DNA of 64,000 bases from Deltaproteobacteria bacterium. GTDB taxonomy: Bacteria; Myxococcota_A; Polyangia; Fen-1088. Numbering within the stretch: position 1 is the stretch's first letter; each line of letters starts with the position of its first letter. The stretch lies in the NCBI GenBank assembly GCA_033763315.1, contig JANRKS010000007.1, forward strand, positions 64,001 through 128,000, written 5' to 3'. The notes under the pieces were generated by a model. It did not search any database, was not told the DNA's origin, and saw only the letters and a list, made by a program, of their open reading frames with translations. This document shows positions 1 through 10,030 of the stretch, in pieces. Made by a program: the position numbers and the translations under genes.

Positions 1-1
1 A

Positions 2-832
2 GATGCTCTGCTCAAGCTCATCGAGGCGAATGAGGTAACGCGTGAGCGAATCGCCCTCGGTGTAGATGGGTACCTCGAACTTCAGTTCAGGGTAAATCAA
101 GTAGGGGCGGTAGGTGCGTTGGTCGCAGGGCACACCCGAAGCGCGCGCCATCGGACCCGTAAGACCAAAGGAAAGCGCGTCTGCCTTGCTGATCACGCCC
201 ACACCCTGCGTGCGGTCCAAGAAGATGCGGTTGTTGACAAAGCTTTCGCGCAGCTGCCCGAGCGTATCGGTGCAGGTGTCCATGATTTCGCGCGTCCGCT
301 TGACGAAGCCATCGGGCAGGTCGAATGCCAAGCCGCCGACGCGCGTGTAGCTGGTGGTAAGGCGGGTGCCTGTGGTGGCCTCGAAGATGTCGTATAGCTT
401 TTCACGCTCGATCATGCTCCACAGGACCGAGCTGAATGCACCCAAGTCCATCGTCATGAGCCCGACGGCCACGATGTGATCCGCGATGCGGCTCATCTCG
501 GCCAGCACGGTGCGAATCACTTGGCAGCGCCGTGGCACCACAATGCCCATCAGCTCTTCCACCGCTTGCGCGTAGCCAATGTTGTTGTTAAGCGGCGACA
601 AGTAATTCATGCGGTCGGTGACCGTGATGAACTGATTGTACGAGTGGTGCTCGCCCAGCTTCTCGAAGCCGGTGTGCAAGTAACCAATCTCTTGTTCAAC
701 GCTGACGATCTTTTCGCCAGACAGCTCAAGCTTCACCCGCAGCGTGCCGTGCATCGCCGGGTGCGAAGGCCCCACGTTTACAAAGACCGTGTTATCGGTT
801 TGTTCAAGAACTTCGGTTTCGTAGGAATACAT
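2..832 (-). CDS. nuoD: NADH-quinone oxidoreductase subunit D (N-terminal part; runs off window start)
   Basis: Read manually from ATG at 832: MYSYETEVLEQTDNTVFVNVGPSHPAMHGTLRVKLEL..GYLHTGFEK..YTDRMNY, the NuoD N-terminal motifs; follows nuoABC. Confidence 0.93.
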   Translation of the reverse strand, partial: MYSYETEVLEQTDNTVFVNVGPSHPAMHGTLRVKLELSGEKIVSVEQEIGYLHTGFEKLGEHHSYNQFITVTDRMNYLSPLNNNIGYAQAVEELMGIVVPRRCQVIRTVLAEMSRIADHIVAVGLMTMDLGAFSSVLWSMIEREKLYDIFEATTGTRLTTSYTRVGGLAFDLPDGFVKRTREIMDTCTDTLGQLRESFVNNRIFLDRTQGVGVISKADALSFGLTGPMARASGVPCDQRTYRPYLIYPELKFEVPIYTEGDSLTRYLIRLDELEQSI

Positions 833-883
833 CTGGGAGGCGTCCGTCCTCTTGCCTTATGTGAAAGAAATGGTCCGCCGCCC

Positions 884-1426
884 CTAGTCTTTAAAGGCCC
901 TGTAGACCTCAAAATCCGCCCGCTCCCCACGCCCCCGCAGCGGGTATTCCTTGCGCAAAGGAAAGTCCCGATAGTCATCAGGCATCAAAATGCGTTTCAA
1001 GTTCGGATGCCCCACGAACTTGATGCCGAAGAAGTCAAATGCCTCGCGCTCGCCCCACCCTGCGCCTTGGTAAAGGCTTGTGGCGGAATCGATCGTGGGC
1101 GGATCGCCTGCAACAAAGGCGCGCACCTTTACGCGCGCGCCCGAATGCGGCGACATTAAGATGTAAATCACGGCAAACCGTTCCACCTGAGGCAAAACGT
1201 ATTTGCTGTAGTCAACAGCCGTGACGTCCAAAAACCCGGTGAAGCCGAGTTCGGGATCGTCCTTTAGGAAGCTCAACACCGACAAGATGTTTTGGCCGTG
1301 CACATCAATGCCCAAAGCCAAACCCTCTTCGTACGTATGCAAAAGCTCGGACCCGCGCTGCTCTTGCAAGCGGGCCAGCACCTTGGCTTTGGCCGAAGCG
1401 TCGAAACGGATCAGAGGATGGTCCAT
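884..1426 (-). CDS. nuoC: NADH-quinone oxidoreductase subunit C
   Basis: DVTAVDY, EREAFDFFGIKFVGHPNLKRILMP, FPLRKEYP motifs; start trimmed to ATG 1426. Confidence 0.93.
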   Translation of the reverse strand: MDHPLIRFDASAKAKVLARLQEQRGSELLHTYEEGLALGIDVHGQNILSVLSFLKDDPELGFTGFLDVTAVDYSKYVLPQVERFAVIYILMSPHSGARVKVRAFVAGDPPTIDSATSLYQGAGWGEREAFDFFGIKFVGHPNLKRILMPDDYRDFPLRKEYPLRGRGERADFEVYRAFKD

Positions 1427-1428
1427 AC

Positions 1429-1926
1429 CTAAACGGATCCTTCCTTCACCGTGTATTCCTGTGATTTGGCCTGGCCCTTCGACGCCTTTTCCTGAACGGT
1501 CATCAAGGCCTCGATGAAAGCCTCGGGGCGTGGCGGACACCCAGGAATGTAAGCGTCAACCGGGATGAATTGATCAATGCCTTGAATCAGCGTGTACGTA
1601 TCAAACACGCCGCCCGAAGACGCGCACGCGCCCATCGAGATGCACCACTTCGGCTCGGGCATCTGCTCCCAAATGCGGAGCAAAACAGGCATCATCTTCA
1701 ACGAGATGCGGCCTGAGACGATTAGGAGATCACTTTGCCGAGGCGCGAACTTCAACACCTCAGAGCCGAAGCGGGAAGCGTCGTACTTGGACATCAACGC
1801 GGCCATCATTTCGATGGCACAGCAGGCGACACCAAACGGCATGGGCCACATGCTGTTCGATCGCGCCCAGTTGATGGCTGTATCAAGGGTGGTCGTGGTG
1901 TAATCGTTCTGCGGGTTTAGTCCCAT
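1429..1926 (-). CDS. nuoB: NADH-quinone oxidoreductase subunit B
   Basis: [42 protein letters not shown] motifs. Confidence 0.97.
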   Translation of the reverse strand: MGLNPQNDYTTTTLDTAINWARSNSMWPMPFGVACCAIEMMAALMSKYDASRFGSEVLKFAPRQSDLLIVSGRISLKMMPVLLRIWEQMPEPKWCISMGACASSGGVFDTYTLIQGIDQFIPVDAYIPGCPPRPEAFIEALMTVQEKASKGQAKSQEYTVKEGSV

Positions 1927-2276
1927 TCGAGTGCCCCCGTTCTGATGACATAGAAGAGTCCTAAGCCTAGCAGGACGAGGAAGAACAAGACCGGCAACAG
2001 CGCCCCGGTACCAATGAGTGACTTAAAGCCGAACGCCCACGGCAAAAGGAAGATCGTTTCGATGTCGAACAAGATGAACAACAGAGCGAACGTGTAGAAC
2101 TTGATCGCCACCGGCTTGTGCGGGGAATCGAGTTGTTCCAAGCCGCACTCGTAGGCTTCGAACTTTTGCCGGCTTCGGGCGCGTGGGCCCATCGCCGAGG
2201 CAAAGGCGAGCACGGCGGCGGCAAACAAGAAGGCCACCAATGCGTGAATGACGATGGGGAGGTACTGGGTGAGCAT
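1917..2276 (-). CDS. nuoA: NADH-quinone oxidoreductase subunit A
   Basis: [37 protein letters not shown]; three hydrophobic segments. Confidence 0.95.
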   Translation of the reverse strand: MLTQYLPIVIHALVAFLFAAAVLAFASAMGPRARSRQKFEAYECGLEQLDSPHKPVAIKFYTFALLFILFDIETIFLLPWAFGFKSLIGTGALLPVLFFLVLLGLGLFYVIRTGALEWD

Positions 2277-2527
2277 TTCTATGGGCCGCTGCGAAACGGG
2301 TGGAACGTAGAATAACTGGGGGGGCTTTTCAACAGCCGGGCGGCAAGTTGGGATGCTTTCGGATGCTTTTGTAGCGCGCTGTAGTTCACGGCGCGGAGGA
2401 TTTGCGGTTCCAACGTCGAAACAGGGCCGGCCCCGCAACCGAAAGGCAACGTTCCGTTCACACAGCGCGACAAAAGGCCCGGGCCCCAGGCCATGTCCCA
2501 CATTTACGCACACACAAGAAGACGGGA

Positions 2528-3541
2528 CTAGTAGAAGCCCACGCGGTGGAAAATCCACAAACAGAGGGCACTTACGCTGGCGGCGGCGGGGATGGTGAAG
2601 ACCCAAGCCCAAATGATGCGGCTCGCCAAACCCCAGCGAACACCCCGAAGCCGCGTGGTGGAGCCCACCCCCAGAATGGCACCCGTGATTGTGTGCGTGG
2701 TGGACACAGGGATTTTGAAATGGGTCGCGATAAACAACGTGCAAGCGCCTGCCAACTCGGCACAGAACCCGCCGAAGGGTCGCAGGTGCACGAGCTTGCT
2801 GCCCATGGTGCGCACGATGCGCCAGCCGCCCATGGACGTGCCGACGGCCATACACGCGTAACAAGCGGGAGCGATCCACCCGGGTGAGTCGTTGGAATCA
2901 GGAGCCAAGCGCCCGCCTGCCACCAAGGCAGCAATGATGATGCCCATGGTCTTCTGCGCGTCGTTGGCGCCGTGGCCAATGGAGTACGCAGCCGCGGACA
3001 ACAATTGCCCCACGCGGAACGTGCGATCCACGCGCGCGGGACGCCACTTACGAAACACCCACGCCAAGGCAAGTAGGAACAGGCCGCCCAACATGAAGCC
3101 CATCACCGGTGACAAGACGATGAATTCCGCCGTCAATGCCAGCTTTTCGAGCTTGAGGACCTTAAAGCCTCCGTAGGCCAAGCCCGCACCCGAAAAGCCA
3201 CCCATGAGGGCGTGCGACGAGCTGGAAGGCAGGCCCCACCACCACGTCAGCAGGTTCCAGAAAATGGCACCCAACAGGCCCGCCAAGACAACGAACGAGA
3301 ACGCGGGATCGCCGGGTTCCAGCTTCACCAATCCCGCCACCGTTTTTGCCACGCCTTCGTGAAACAAAAACAGCGCGACGAAGTTGAACACCGCCGCCCA
3401 TAAAACGGCGATGCGAGGGGTCAGCACGCGCGTCGAAACGATCGTAGCGATCGCGTTTGCGGCGTCGTGAAAACCATTGATCACGTCGAACGCCAAAGCG
3501 ACGACGACGGTGATGTACATAATGATCGTTGCGGTGGTCAT
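2528..3541 (-). CDS. Inorganic phosphate transporter, PiT family
   Basis: NGFHDAANAIAT, GLPSSSSHAL, HGANDAQKTMG, PVSTTH signatures. Confidence 0.95.
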   Translation of the reverse strand: MTTATIIMYITVVVALAFDVINGFHDAANAIATIVSTRVLTPRIAVLWAAVFNFVALFLFHEGVAKTVAGLVKLEPGDPAFSFVVLAGLLGAIFWNLLTWWWGLPSSSSHALMGGFSGAGLAYGGFKVLKLEKLALTAEFIVLSPVMGFMLGGLFLLALAWVFRKWRPARVDRTFRVGQLLSAAAYSIGHGANDAQKTMGIIIAALVAGGRLAPDSNDSPGWIAPACYACMAVGTSMGGWRIVRTMGSKLVHLRPFGGFCAELAGACTLFIATHFKIPVSTTHTITGAILGVGSTTRLRGVRWGLASRIIWAWVFTIPAAASVSALCLWIFHRVGFY

Positions 3542-3594
3542 GAACAGGTCATCCAGTCGTTCCGTGCGGGAAGGGCCGCAGGTGCAGGGGTTGG

Positions 3595-4221
3595 TTAACC
3601 GTTCTCAAGCACAACACCTTCAATGATGTTGGCCACGTCTTCGCAGCGATCCACGGCGTTTTCAACGTTCTCGTAGATCTCTTTCCACTTGATGACCGCG
3701 ATCGGATCCTTTTCTTCCTTGAACAACCGGGCCACGGCGCGCCTCATGATGGCGTCGCTTTCGTTTTCAAGCCGGTTGATCTCGACGCAGATTTTCAGAA
3801 TCTCTGCGGGGTGGCGCAGGTTGCTCATCAACTTGCACGCTGAAAGCACCTCTTCGGCAGCGCGGGTCAGAACGTCGGCCATATCTTTAAGCTCGGGCGT
3901 CATCTCCGTGATCTCGTAAAGTAGGATTCGCTCGGCAGCGGCTTCCACGTAATCCATGATGTCGTCCAGCTTGGTGATGAACCGGTGGATGTCGTAGCGA
4001 TCCAGAGGCGTGATGAACGTTTTGTGAAGCGCTTCCACACAACGGTGGGTGATCACGTCGGTCTCGTGCTCGATCTCGGCGACCCGGCGGGTTTTGGCTT
4101 CGATGTTGGCCGCGGTGGTGACCAACGACTGAAACTCTTTGGCCCCTTGAACCGTCAAGGCCGCGTGTTGCTCAAAGAATTCGAAGAAGCTGGTTTCCTT
4201 GGGCAAGAATCGTCCGAACAT
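3595..4221 (-). CDS. DUF47 (PhoU-like) phosphate transport regulator
   Basis: MFGRFLPKETSFF..EHETD..TFITPLDRYDI..IKWKEIYE..DRCEDVANIIE; directly upstream of PiT. Confidence 0.92.
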   Translation of the reverse strand: MFGRFLPKETSFFEFFEQHAALTVQGAKEFQSLVTTAANIEAKTRRVAEIEHETDVITHRCVEALHKTFITPLDRYDIHRFITKLDDIMDYVEAAAERILLYEITEMTPELKDMADVLTRAAEEVLSACKLMSNLRHPAEILKICVEINRLENESDAIMRRAVARLFKEEKDPIAVIKWKEIYENVENAVDRCEDVANIIEGVVLENG

Positions 4222-4468
4222 GAGGGATCTCCGAAGGGTACGTGGGGCGGTTGTTTGGCGCAGCGGCCGGCGGGTTTGCCGCCCCTTCGCTGAACGCGCC
4301 CGCTTTACCATGCCCAGCGGCACTTCGTCACCCCTTCTTTGCGCGATCAAGACGCCGGCGTGGCGCCCGTTACCTTGTGGGGGCGATAGAACGCAGCGGG
4401 GGCCAAATAAGCGCAACGGCGCCCTTGACACAAAAGCCAACCGCGCATGTCAAACTGCGGCCACCGCC

Positions 4469-5047
4469 ATGTCTTTGCTCATCCTTTACGCACACCCGGC
4501 GTCACATCGATCTCGGCTGAACCGTCGCTTGTTGGCGGAGGCTTTGTCAGTGCCGGGCGTGCTGGTTCATGACCTTTACGAAGAGTATCCGGATTTTCAC
4601 ATCGAGGTACGGCGCGAGCAGGAATTGCTGGTGGCGCACGACACGGTGGTGTTCCAGCATCCGTTTTACTGGTACAGCGTTCCGGCACTTTTAAAACAGT
4701 GGATGGACTTGGTGTTAAAGCACGGGTGGGCCTACGGCAAAGGCGGAACCGCCCTGCAGGGCAAACGCTGGTTGACGGCGGTCACCACCGGCGGGCCGGA
4801 GGCTGCTTACCAGGAAGAAGGCGCGAATCGCTTCACCATGCGTCAACTGCTAGCGCCCCTTGAGCAAACGGCGCGTTTGTGCGGCATGGAATTTCTGGAG
4901 CCCTTCATCACGCATGCCGCACATCGAATTAGCGATGCTGATCTAGAGGCGCAAGCACACGCTTACCGAAAGCTGTTGGCCTCATTGCTGGCCGAGCGAA
5001 GCCCAAGGGCGGAAGCAAGCATGGGAGACGGTGATGAACAGCGGTAG
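4469..5047 (+). CDS. kefG: KefF/KefG-type flavodoxin-fold NAD(P)H oxidoreductase (K+ efflux ancillary protein)
   Basis: ILYAHP, HDLYEEYPDF, QHPFYWYSVPALLKQWMD; overlaps the Kef antiporter start. Confidence 0.85.
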   Translation: MSLLILYAHPASHRSRLNRRLLAEALSVPGVLVHDLYEEYPDFHIEVRREQELLVAHDTVVFQHPFYWYSVPALLKQWMDLVLKHGWAYGKGGTALQGKRWLTAVTTGGPEAAYQEEGANRFTMRQLLAPLEQTARLCGMEFLEPFITHAAHRISDADLEAQAHAYRKLLASLLAERSPRAEASMGDGDEQR

Positions 5048-6920
5048 TTTGCTTTATCAAGCCTTCGTGTTCTTGGCGGCCGCCGTCATCGCCGTGCCGC
5101 TCGCCAAACGCCTTGGTTTGGGATCGGTGCTGGGCTATTTGCTGGCGGGTGTGGCGATTGGCCCGTTCGCGTTGGGGCTGATCGGGGATGGTGGTGGCAA
5201 CGATGTGATGCATTTCGCAGAGTTCGGCGTTGTCATGATGTTGTTCGTGATAGGGCTGGAACTTGAGCCCGTGCGGTTGTGGAGGCTGCGTGTGCCGGTG
5301 CTGGGCGTGGGTGGGCTGCAGGTGGTTGTCACGGCCGTTGCGGTGGCCGCGGTGGCCATGCTGTTGGGGCTGCGCGTTCAAATGGCGGCAGCCGTTGGGT
5401 TGACCATCGCCATGTCATCAACGGCGATCGTCATGCAGACGCTGAATGAGAAAGGGTGGACCAACACCACGGGCGGACAAAACGCGTTCGCGGTGCTGTT
5501 GTTTCAAGACATTGCCGTGATCCCTATCTTGGCTTTCCTACCCTTGCTTGCGACGGTTGCGCCAGCGACGAGCGCCACCCATGAGGCGGGAACCACGTGG
5601 GTGGAACACTTGCCAGGCTGGGCGCACGCGCTTGTGGTGCTGGCGGCGATGGTGGGCATCGGCGGCGGTGGACGCTTTTTGATTCGGCCCGCGTTCCGCA
5701 TCATCGCAAAAACCCGCCTGCGTGAAGTGTTCACCGCCGCGGCGTTGTTGCTGGTTATCGGCATTTCGTTGTTGATGGATCAAGTTGGCCTCAGCCGCGC
5801 GCTTGGCGCCTTCTTGGCGGGGGTGGTTTTGGCTGGCAGTGAATACCGGCACGAACTTGAAAGCGACATCGAGCCGTTCAAAGGCCTGCTGCTTGGTTTG
5901 TTTTTCATTGGCGTGGGTGCATCAATCGACTTCGGCCTGATCGCTTCGCAGCCGATCACGATCGCAGCATTGGTGATCGCCCTCATCGTGGTCAAGCTGG
6001 GCGTGCTGCTGCTGCTGGGCCGCGTGTTTGCGATGCCCGTGCAGCAGAATCTTTTGTTCTCGTTCGCTCTCGCCCAAGGCGGCGAATTCGCGTTTGTGCT
6101 GTTTTCGTTTTGCACGTCAGAGGGCATCTTGACCAAGGATGTGGCTGGTCCCTTGGTGGTGGCCGTGGCCGTTTCAATGGCACTATCGCCTTTGCTGATG
6201 GTGTTCTTCGAGCGTCAGTTGATGCCTCGCTTCACCACACGAAAAACGTCAGATCGCCAAGAAGACACGCCCGACGCTCACAACCCCGTGATCATCGCCG
6301 GATACGGCCGCTTCGGGCAGATCGTGGGGCGCTTGCTAAGCGCCAACGGCATCCATGCCACGGTGTTGGAGTCAGATTCAGATCAGGTGGATCTGCTGCG
6401 TCGTTGGGGGCACAAGGTATTTTACGGCGATGCTTCGCGGCTGGATCTACTGCGCGCCGCAGGTGCAGGAAAGGCGAAGCTTTTGGTGTTGGCGTTGGAC
6501 AGCCACGAAAAACACAAAGAGCTCATCGAAACAGCGAAAAAGCACTTTCCGCACCTGCACATCGTGGGACGCGCCAAAGGCCGCATCGAGGCCTATGATT
6601 TGCTGGATCACGGCGTGGACGACGTGCAACGCGAGACGTTTGAAGGCGCCTTGCGCCTGGGCATCACGGCGCTAAGGCGCTTGGGCTTCGGCGCTCATCA
6701 GGCCGAGCGGGCCGGTGGTATTTTCCGCAGGCATGACGAGAAGATGCTGCGCGAATTTGCCGACCTTCGCCGTGGCCATGAAGCCAACACGTTCTTCAGC
6801 GCAGCACGCGAACGGCAAAAAGTGATGACGAAAGTTTTGGAATCGGACATTGAAGACAAGAATGACTTCAACGATCATGGGTGGGACGTGGAAGCGTTGC
6901 GCGCGCAGCCGCCTAAGTAG
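5034..6920 (+). CDS. Glutathione-regulated K+ efflux antiporter (CPA2, KefB/KefC family) with KTN/RCK domain
   Basis: LGLGSVLGYL, AEFGVVMMLFVIGLEL, LLFQDIAVIP, ELESDIEPFKGLLLGLFF, IIAGYGRFGQ. Confidence 0.93.
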   Translation: MNSGSLLYQAFVFLAAAVIAVPLAKRLGLGSVLGYLLAGVAIGPFALGLIGDGGGNDVMHFAEFGVVMMLFVIGLELEPVRLWRLRVPVLGVGGLQVVVTAVAVAAVAMLLGLRVQMAAAVGLTIAMSSTAIVMQTLNEKGWTNTTGGQNAFAVLLFQDIAVIPILAFLPLLATVAPATSATHEAGTTWVEHLPGWAHALVVLAAMVGIGGGGRFLIRPAFRIIAKTRLREVFTAAALLLVIGISLLMDQVGLSRALGAFLAGVVLAGSEYRHELESDIEPFKGLLLGLFFIGVGASIDFGLIASQPITIAALVIALIVVKLGVLLLLGRVFAMPVQQNLLFSFALAQGGEFAFVLFSFCTSEGILTKDVAGPLVVAVAVSMALSPLLMVFFERQLMPRFTTRKTSDRQEDTPDAHNPVIIAGYGRFGQIVGRLLSANGIHATVLESDSDQVDLLRRWGHKVFYGDASRLDLLRAAGAGKAKLLVLALDSHEKHKELIETAKKHFPHLHIVGRAKGRIEAYDLLDHGVDDVQRETFEGALRLGITALRRLGFGAHQAERAGGIFRRHDEKMLREFADLRRGHEANTFFSAARERQKVMTKVLESDIEDKNDFNDHGWDVEALRAQPPK

Positions 6921-6982
6921 ATCGCCTATCGACGCAGGTTGACGCTGGCACAAAAACGTCCGCAGCTGGTGCAAAAGCCGCT

Positions 6983-7825
6983 TTAAGGCCGGGTGTAGAG
7001 GTTGCAGTCGCCGTTGCGTGCGAAGCCTATCAAAACCAACCGAAAGGCGGTGGCCAGCTCCACCGCCAATGAACTTGGCGCGGACACGCCCACAACCGCG
7101 GAAACGCCGGCGCGAATGGCCTTCTGCACGATCTCGAAACTGGTGCGGCCACTGACAATCAAGATGTGCCCGGGCGCTGGCACGCTCGCTTGCAGAACCA
7201 ATTGGCCGATGGCTTTATCAACGGCGTTGTGCCGGCCCACGTCTTCGTGCGCGGACAAGACGGCCCCCGTGACGTCAACCACCGCGGCAGCGTGAAGGCC
7301 GCCCGTTTTCGTGAAGACCGTTTGGTGCTCTCGCAAGGCCTCGGGAAGGCGCGCGAGCATCGCGATATCAAGTGATGGCAGGGGCAATACGGGCACAAGT
7401 GCCGCCACGAGATCATCAATGGCGCCGCGGCCACAAACGCCACACGAAGCGCTGGTGAGCGAGCCGCGCTTGGCGCGTTGCCAGGCGCTGCGATCCACGT
7501 CGCCCGCCAGCGTGGCCACCGCCACGTCGCCGGCCCCCAAGGTGTGCGCGGGGCTTGGCTGAGTCTCGACGCCCAAAAGCTGCTTTGGCGAAGACAACAG
7601 CCCTTCAGCCCACAGGAGCCCTGCCACCAAGGCCTCGTCATGACCGGGGGTGCGCATGGTTGTGGCCAGGCTCTCATCACCCACGCGCACCTCAAGCGGC
7701 GATTCGACCGCCACCTCGTCTGCGAAGGCCGTCGATGAACGTGTAGCGCCTTGCCACCGCTCCACGGCCACGGAAACGACAGCCTGCGTGGCAGCACTCA
7801 TACGGAGGCGGTCGTCGACGCTCAT
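6983..7825 (-). CDS. fdhD: Formate dehydrogenase accessory sulfurtransferase
   Basis: TMRTPG, CGVCG, TGGLHAA, EDVGRHNAVDK, SGRTSFEIVQKA. Confidence 0.93.
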   Translation of the reverse strand: MSVDDRLRMSAATQAVVSVAVERWQGATRSSTAFADEVAVESPLEVRVGDESLATTMRTPGHDEALVAGLLWAEGLLSSPKQLLGVETQPSPAHTLGAGDVAVATLAGDVDRSAWQRAKRGSLTSASCGVCGRGAIDDLVAALVPVLPLPSLDIAMLARLPEALREHQTVFTKTGGLHAAAVVDVTGAVLSAHEDVGRHNAVDKAIGQLVLQASVPAPGHILIVSGRTSFEIVQKAIRAGVSAVVGVSAPSSLAVELATAFRLVLIGFARNGDCNLYTRP

Positions 7826-7854
7826 GGAATTGAGAAAGACGCTACACCGCCGGA

Positions 7855-8415
7855 CTAAAAATAGAAACGCGCACCCAGCGCGGCTTCCAGATCGAAGCCG
7901 GCGCCTGGAACGACATAGAGCGACGGCACCACCTCAAAGAACACTTCCAGGAACGAGGGCTTCTGAAACATCAAATCGAGGCCCACGGGCATGCGTGCCG
8001 CCAGGGCCACAGTGCCATCGCCATCGTTGACATAGTTGTCTTGGTCTAGGATCCACATGCGGGCTCCGGCGCCGATGTGCCAGTCGAGCGTGACCTTTCC
8101 GTAGACCAAATTCTCCTGCCACAGGTAGTCCGCGTGAAGGCCCAACTGGCTGTAACCGTTGCCACAATTGACATAGCGACGACCGTCCCAACAACCCCGG
8201 CGCGCGTATCCGTAACCATTGCCGACGAAACCCACGCCGAAGTCGATCGCCTGGCCCGCGCCGACAAACACTTTACCCACCAAGCTGGTGGGCGCCCCCA
8301 AAGCGAAACCAAGGCCAAAGGTGCGTTCGTTGCCAACCTCAGTTGCGTGGCCGCTACGAGCCATACCCACACAAGCGACAAAGGCGGCCAGGGCCCAAAT
8401 TTTAGAAGTTTTCAT
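7855..8415 (-). CDS. Secreted small outer-membrane beta-barrel-like protein
   Basis: Signal peptide, alternating amphipathic strands, C-terminal GARFYF (terminal Phe). Confidence 0.7.
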   Translation of the reverse strand: MKTSKIWALAAFVACVGMARSGHATEVGNERTFGLGFALGAPTSLVGKVFVGAGQAIDFGVGFVGNGYGYARRGCWDGRRYVNCGNGYSQLGLHADYLWQENLVYGKVTLDWHIGAGARMWILDQDNYVNDGDGTVALAARMPVGLDLMFQKPSFLEVFFEVVPSLYVVPGAGFDLEAALGARFYF

Positions 8416-8487
8416 AACCAACGATTAACGAACCAATTTGCAGACGCATGCAAGAAAAACACGCAGCACAGTTATAGTGAGAACACC

Positions 8488-10014
8488 ATGACCGAAGCCG
8501 ATCCGCTTGTGGGGAAAATCCTTGCACAACGATACCGCGTGGTTGAGCGGCTAGCCGAGGGGGCCATGGGCGTGGTCTACCGCGGGGAACGCTTGACCTT
8601 AAACAGGAACGTGGCGATCAAGTTCCTGCATCCGGCCGTGGCCCAGCAAGAGGCTTTGCGAAAACGTTTCGAGATCGAAGCGCAAGCGATGGGGCGCCTG
8701 TCCCATCCCAATTGTGTGTCCGTGATCGACTTTGGCGTTGATGACGTGCCATATCTGGTGATGGAGTACGTGCAAGGCAAGAACTTGCGCGCGCTGTTGA
8801 ACGATGGTGGTTTTAACACCACGCGCGCGTTGTCTATCGGGCGGCAGTTGTTGACGGCGCTGGTGCACGCGCACGCTCAAGGCATCATCCACCGTGACAT
8901 CAAGCCTGAGAACCTGCTTTTGCAGCAGAGCGCGGGGCTTGACGATCATTTGCGTGTGCTCGACTTCGGGCTGGCCAAGTTGATGGACAATGGCGCCGGG
9001 CTCACAGCGGGCTTTGCCCTGGGGACGCCGAACTATATGGCGCCCGAACAGATCCAAGAAGGCGGCATCGACGCACGGGCCGATCTTTATGCGGCGGGCG
9101 TCGTGCTGTTTGAATTGCTTACAGGCGTGCAACCGTTTGCGGCAGACTCTGTAGGTGAGGTTTTGCGGCGTCATCTGCAAGTGACAGCGCCGCGGTTGCG
9201 CGAAGCCGCACCGGCGCGCGGGTTCTCACCAGCGCTGGATGACGTGGTGTTCTGCGCGATGGCCAAACGTCCATCAGAACGATTTCCGACGGCCGCACAG
9301 ATGTTGGCCGCGCTTGAACAAGTGCCTGAAATGCAGACCGAGACGGTGCCCAAACCACGCGTGACCTCGCCTTCGGTGCCAACGCGGCTACCGCCCCCAC
9401 CCACCAAGGGCAAACCTTTGCCAGCGCCGCCCGCCCCTGATCCCACCGTGTGGGATCAGGCAGCCGCGCCACCAGCAAGTGAAGCGCCAACACCCGCTGC
9501 AAGCGCCGCCGATGACAACGCCACGATGTTGTTATCGGAAGACGACAACCTTGCGGCCGCAGTCGCGATTCCTTTGAAAGAGCGCGCCAAGCGAAAAGGG
9601 GCGGCGTGGTGGTCAGCGATTGTGGCCACCGGGGCCGCGGCGCAGAGCCGCTGGAGCGCATTGTCTTTGCGCCTGCGCCTGGGATTGGCGGCAGGCGTGG
9701 CTTTGTTGTTTTTGCTGCTCATCGGACTCGGGTTGCGGGGTGATGCAACCGCGCGAAAGGCAGACGAGACAACCCCTAAGCGAGATGTGGCAGCCACCGC
9801 CCCCTCCAGCAAACCGGCATCAGACGTCAAGCCCAAGCCCGCCGCCAAGGCAGAGCCGGCGCAGGCTCCCGTGGCTGATCGTCAGGCACCAGCGCCTCGG
9901 GCCCACACATCGGAAACCACCACGCGCACCACCACCACGCGCACCGAGCGGCGAACCGTCACCACCCGGCGCGCCTCGTCCGCAGAGCGCTGGGGCACGC
10001 GCTGGAAGCAATAG
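8488..10014 (+). CDS. Hanks-type Ser/Thr protein kinase with Pro-rich linker and C-terminal TM segment
   Basis: LAEGAMGVVY, VAIK, HRDIKPEN, DFGLAK, GTPNYMAPE; start trimmed to ATG 8488. Confidence 0.95.
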   Translation: MTEADPLVGKILAQRYRVVERLAEGAMGVVYRGERLTLNRNVAIKFLHPAVAQQEALRKRFEIEAQAMGRLSHPNCVSVIDFGVDDVPYLVMEYVQGKNLRALLNDGGFNTTRALSIGRQLLTALVHAHAQGIIHRDIKPENLLLQQSAGLDDHLRVLDFGLAKLMDNGAGLTAGFALGTPNYMAPEQIQEGGIDARADLYAAGVVLFELLTGVQPFAADSVGEVLRRHLQVTAPRLREAAPARGFSPALDDVVFCAMAKRPSERFPTAAQMLAALEQVPEMQTETVPKPRVTSPSVPTRLPPPPTKGKPLPAPPAPDPTVWDQAAAPPASEAPTPAASAADDNATMLLSEDDNLAAAVAIPLKERAKRKGAAWWSAIVATGAAAQSRWSALSLRLRLGLAAGVALLFLLLIGLGLRGDATARKADETTPKRDVAATAPSSKPASDVKPKPAAKAEPAQAPVADRQAPAPRAHTSETTTRTTTTRTERRTVTTRRASSAERWGTRWKQ

Positions 10015-10030
10015 CCTGCGGGGCGACGAG

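Noticed and set aside
8077-8487. N-terminal extension of the kinase ORF (645 aa call)
   Set aside because: Overlaps the divergent barrel gene; kinase homology begins at ATG 8488
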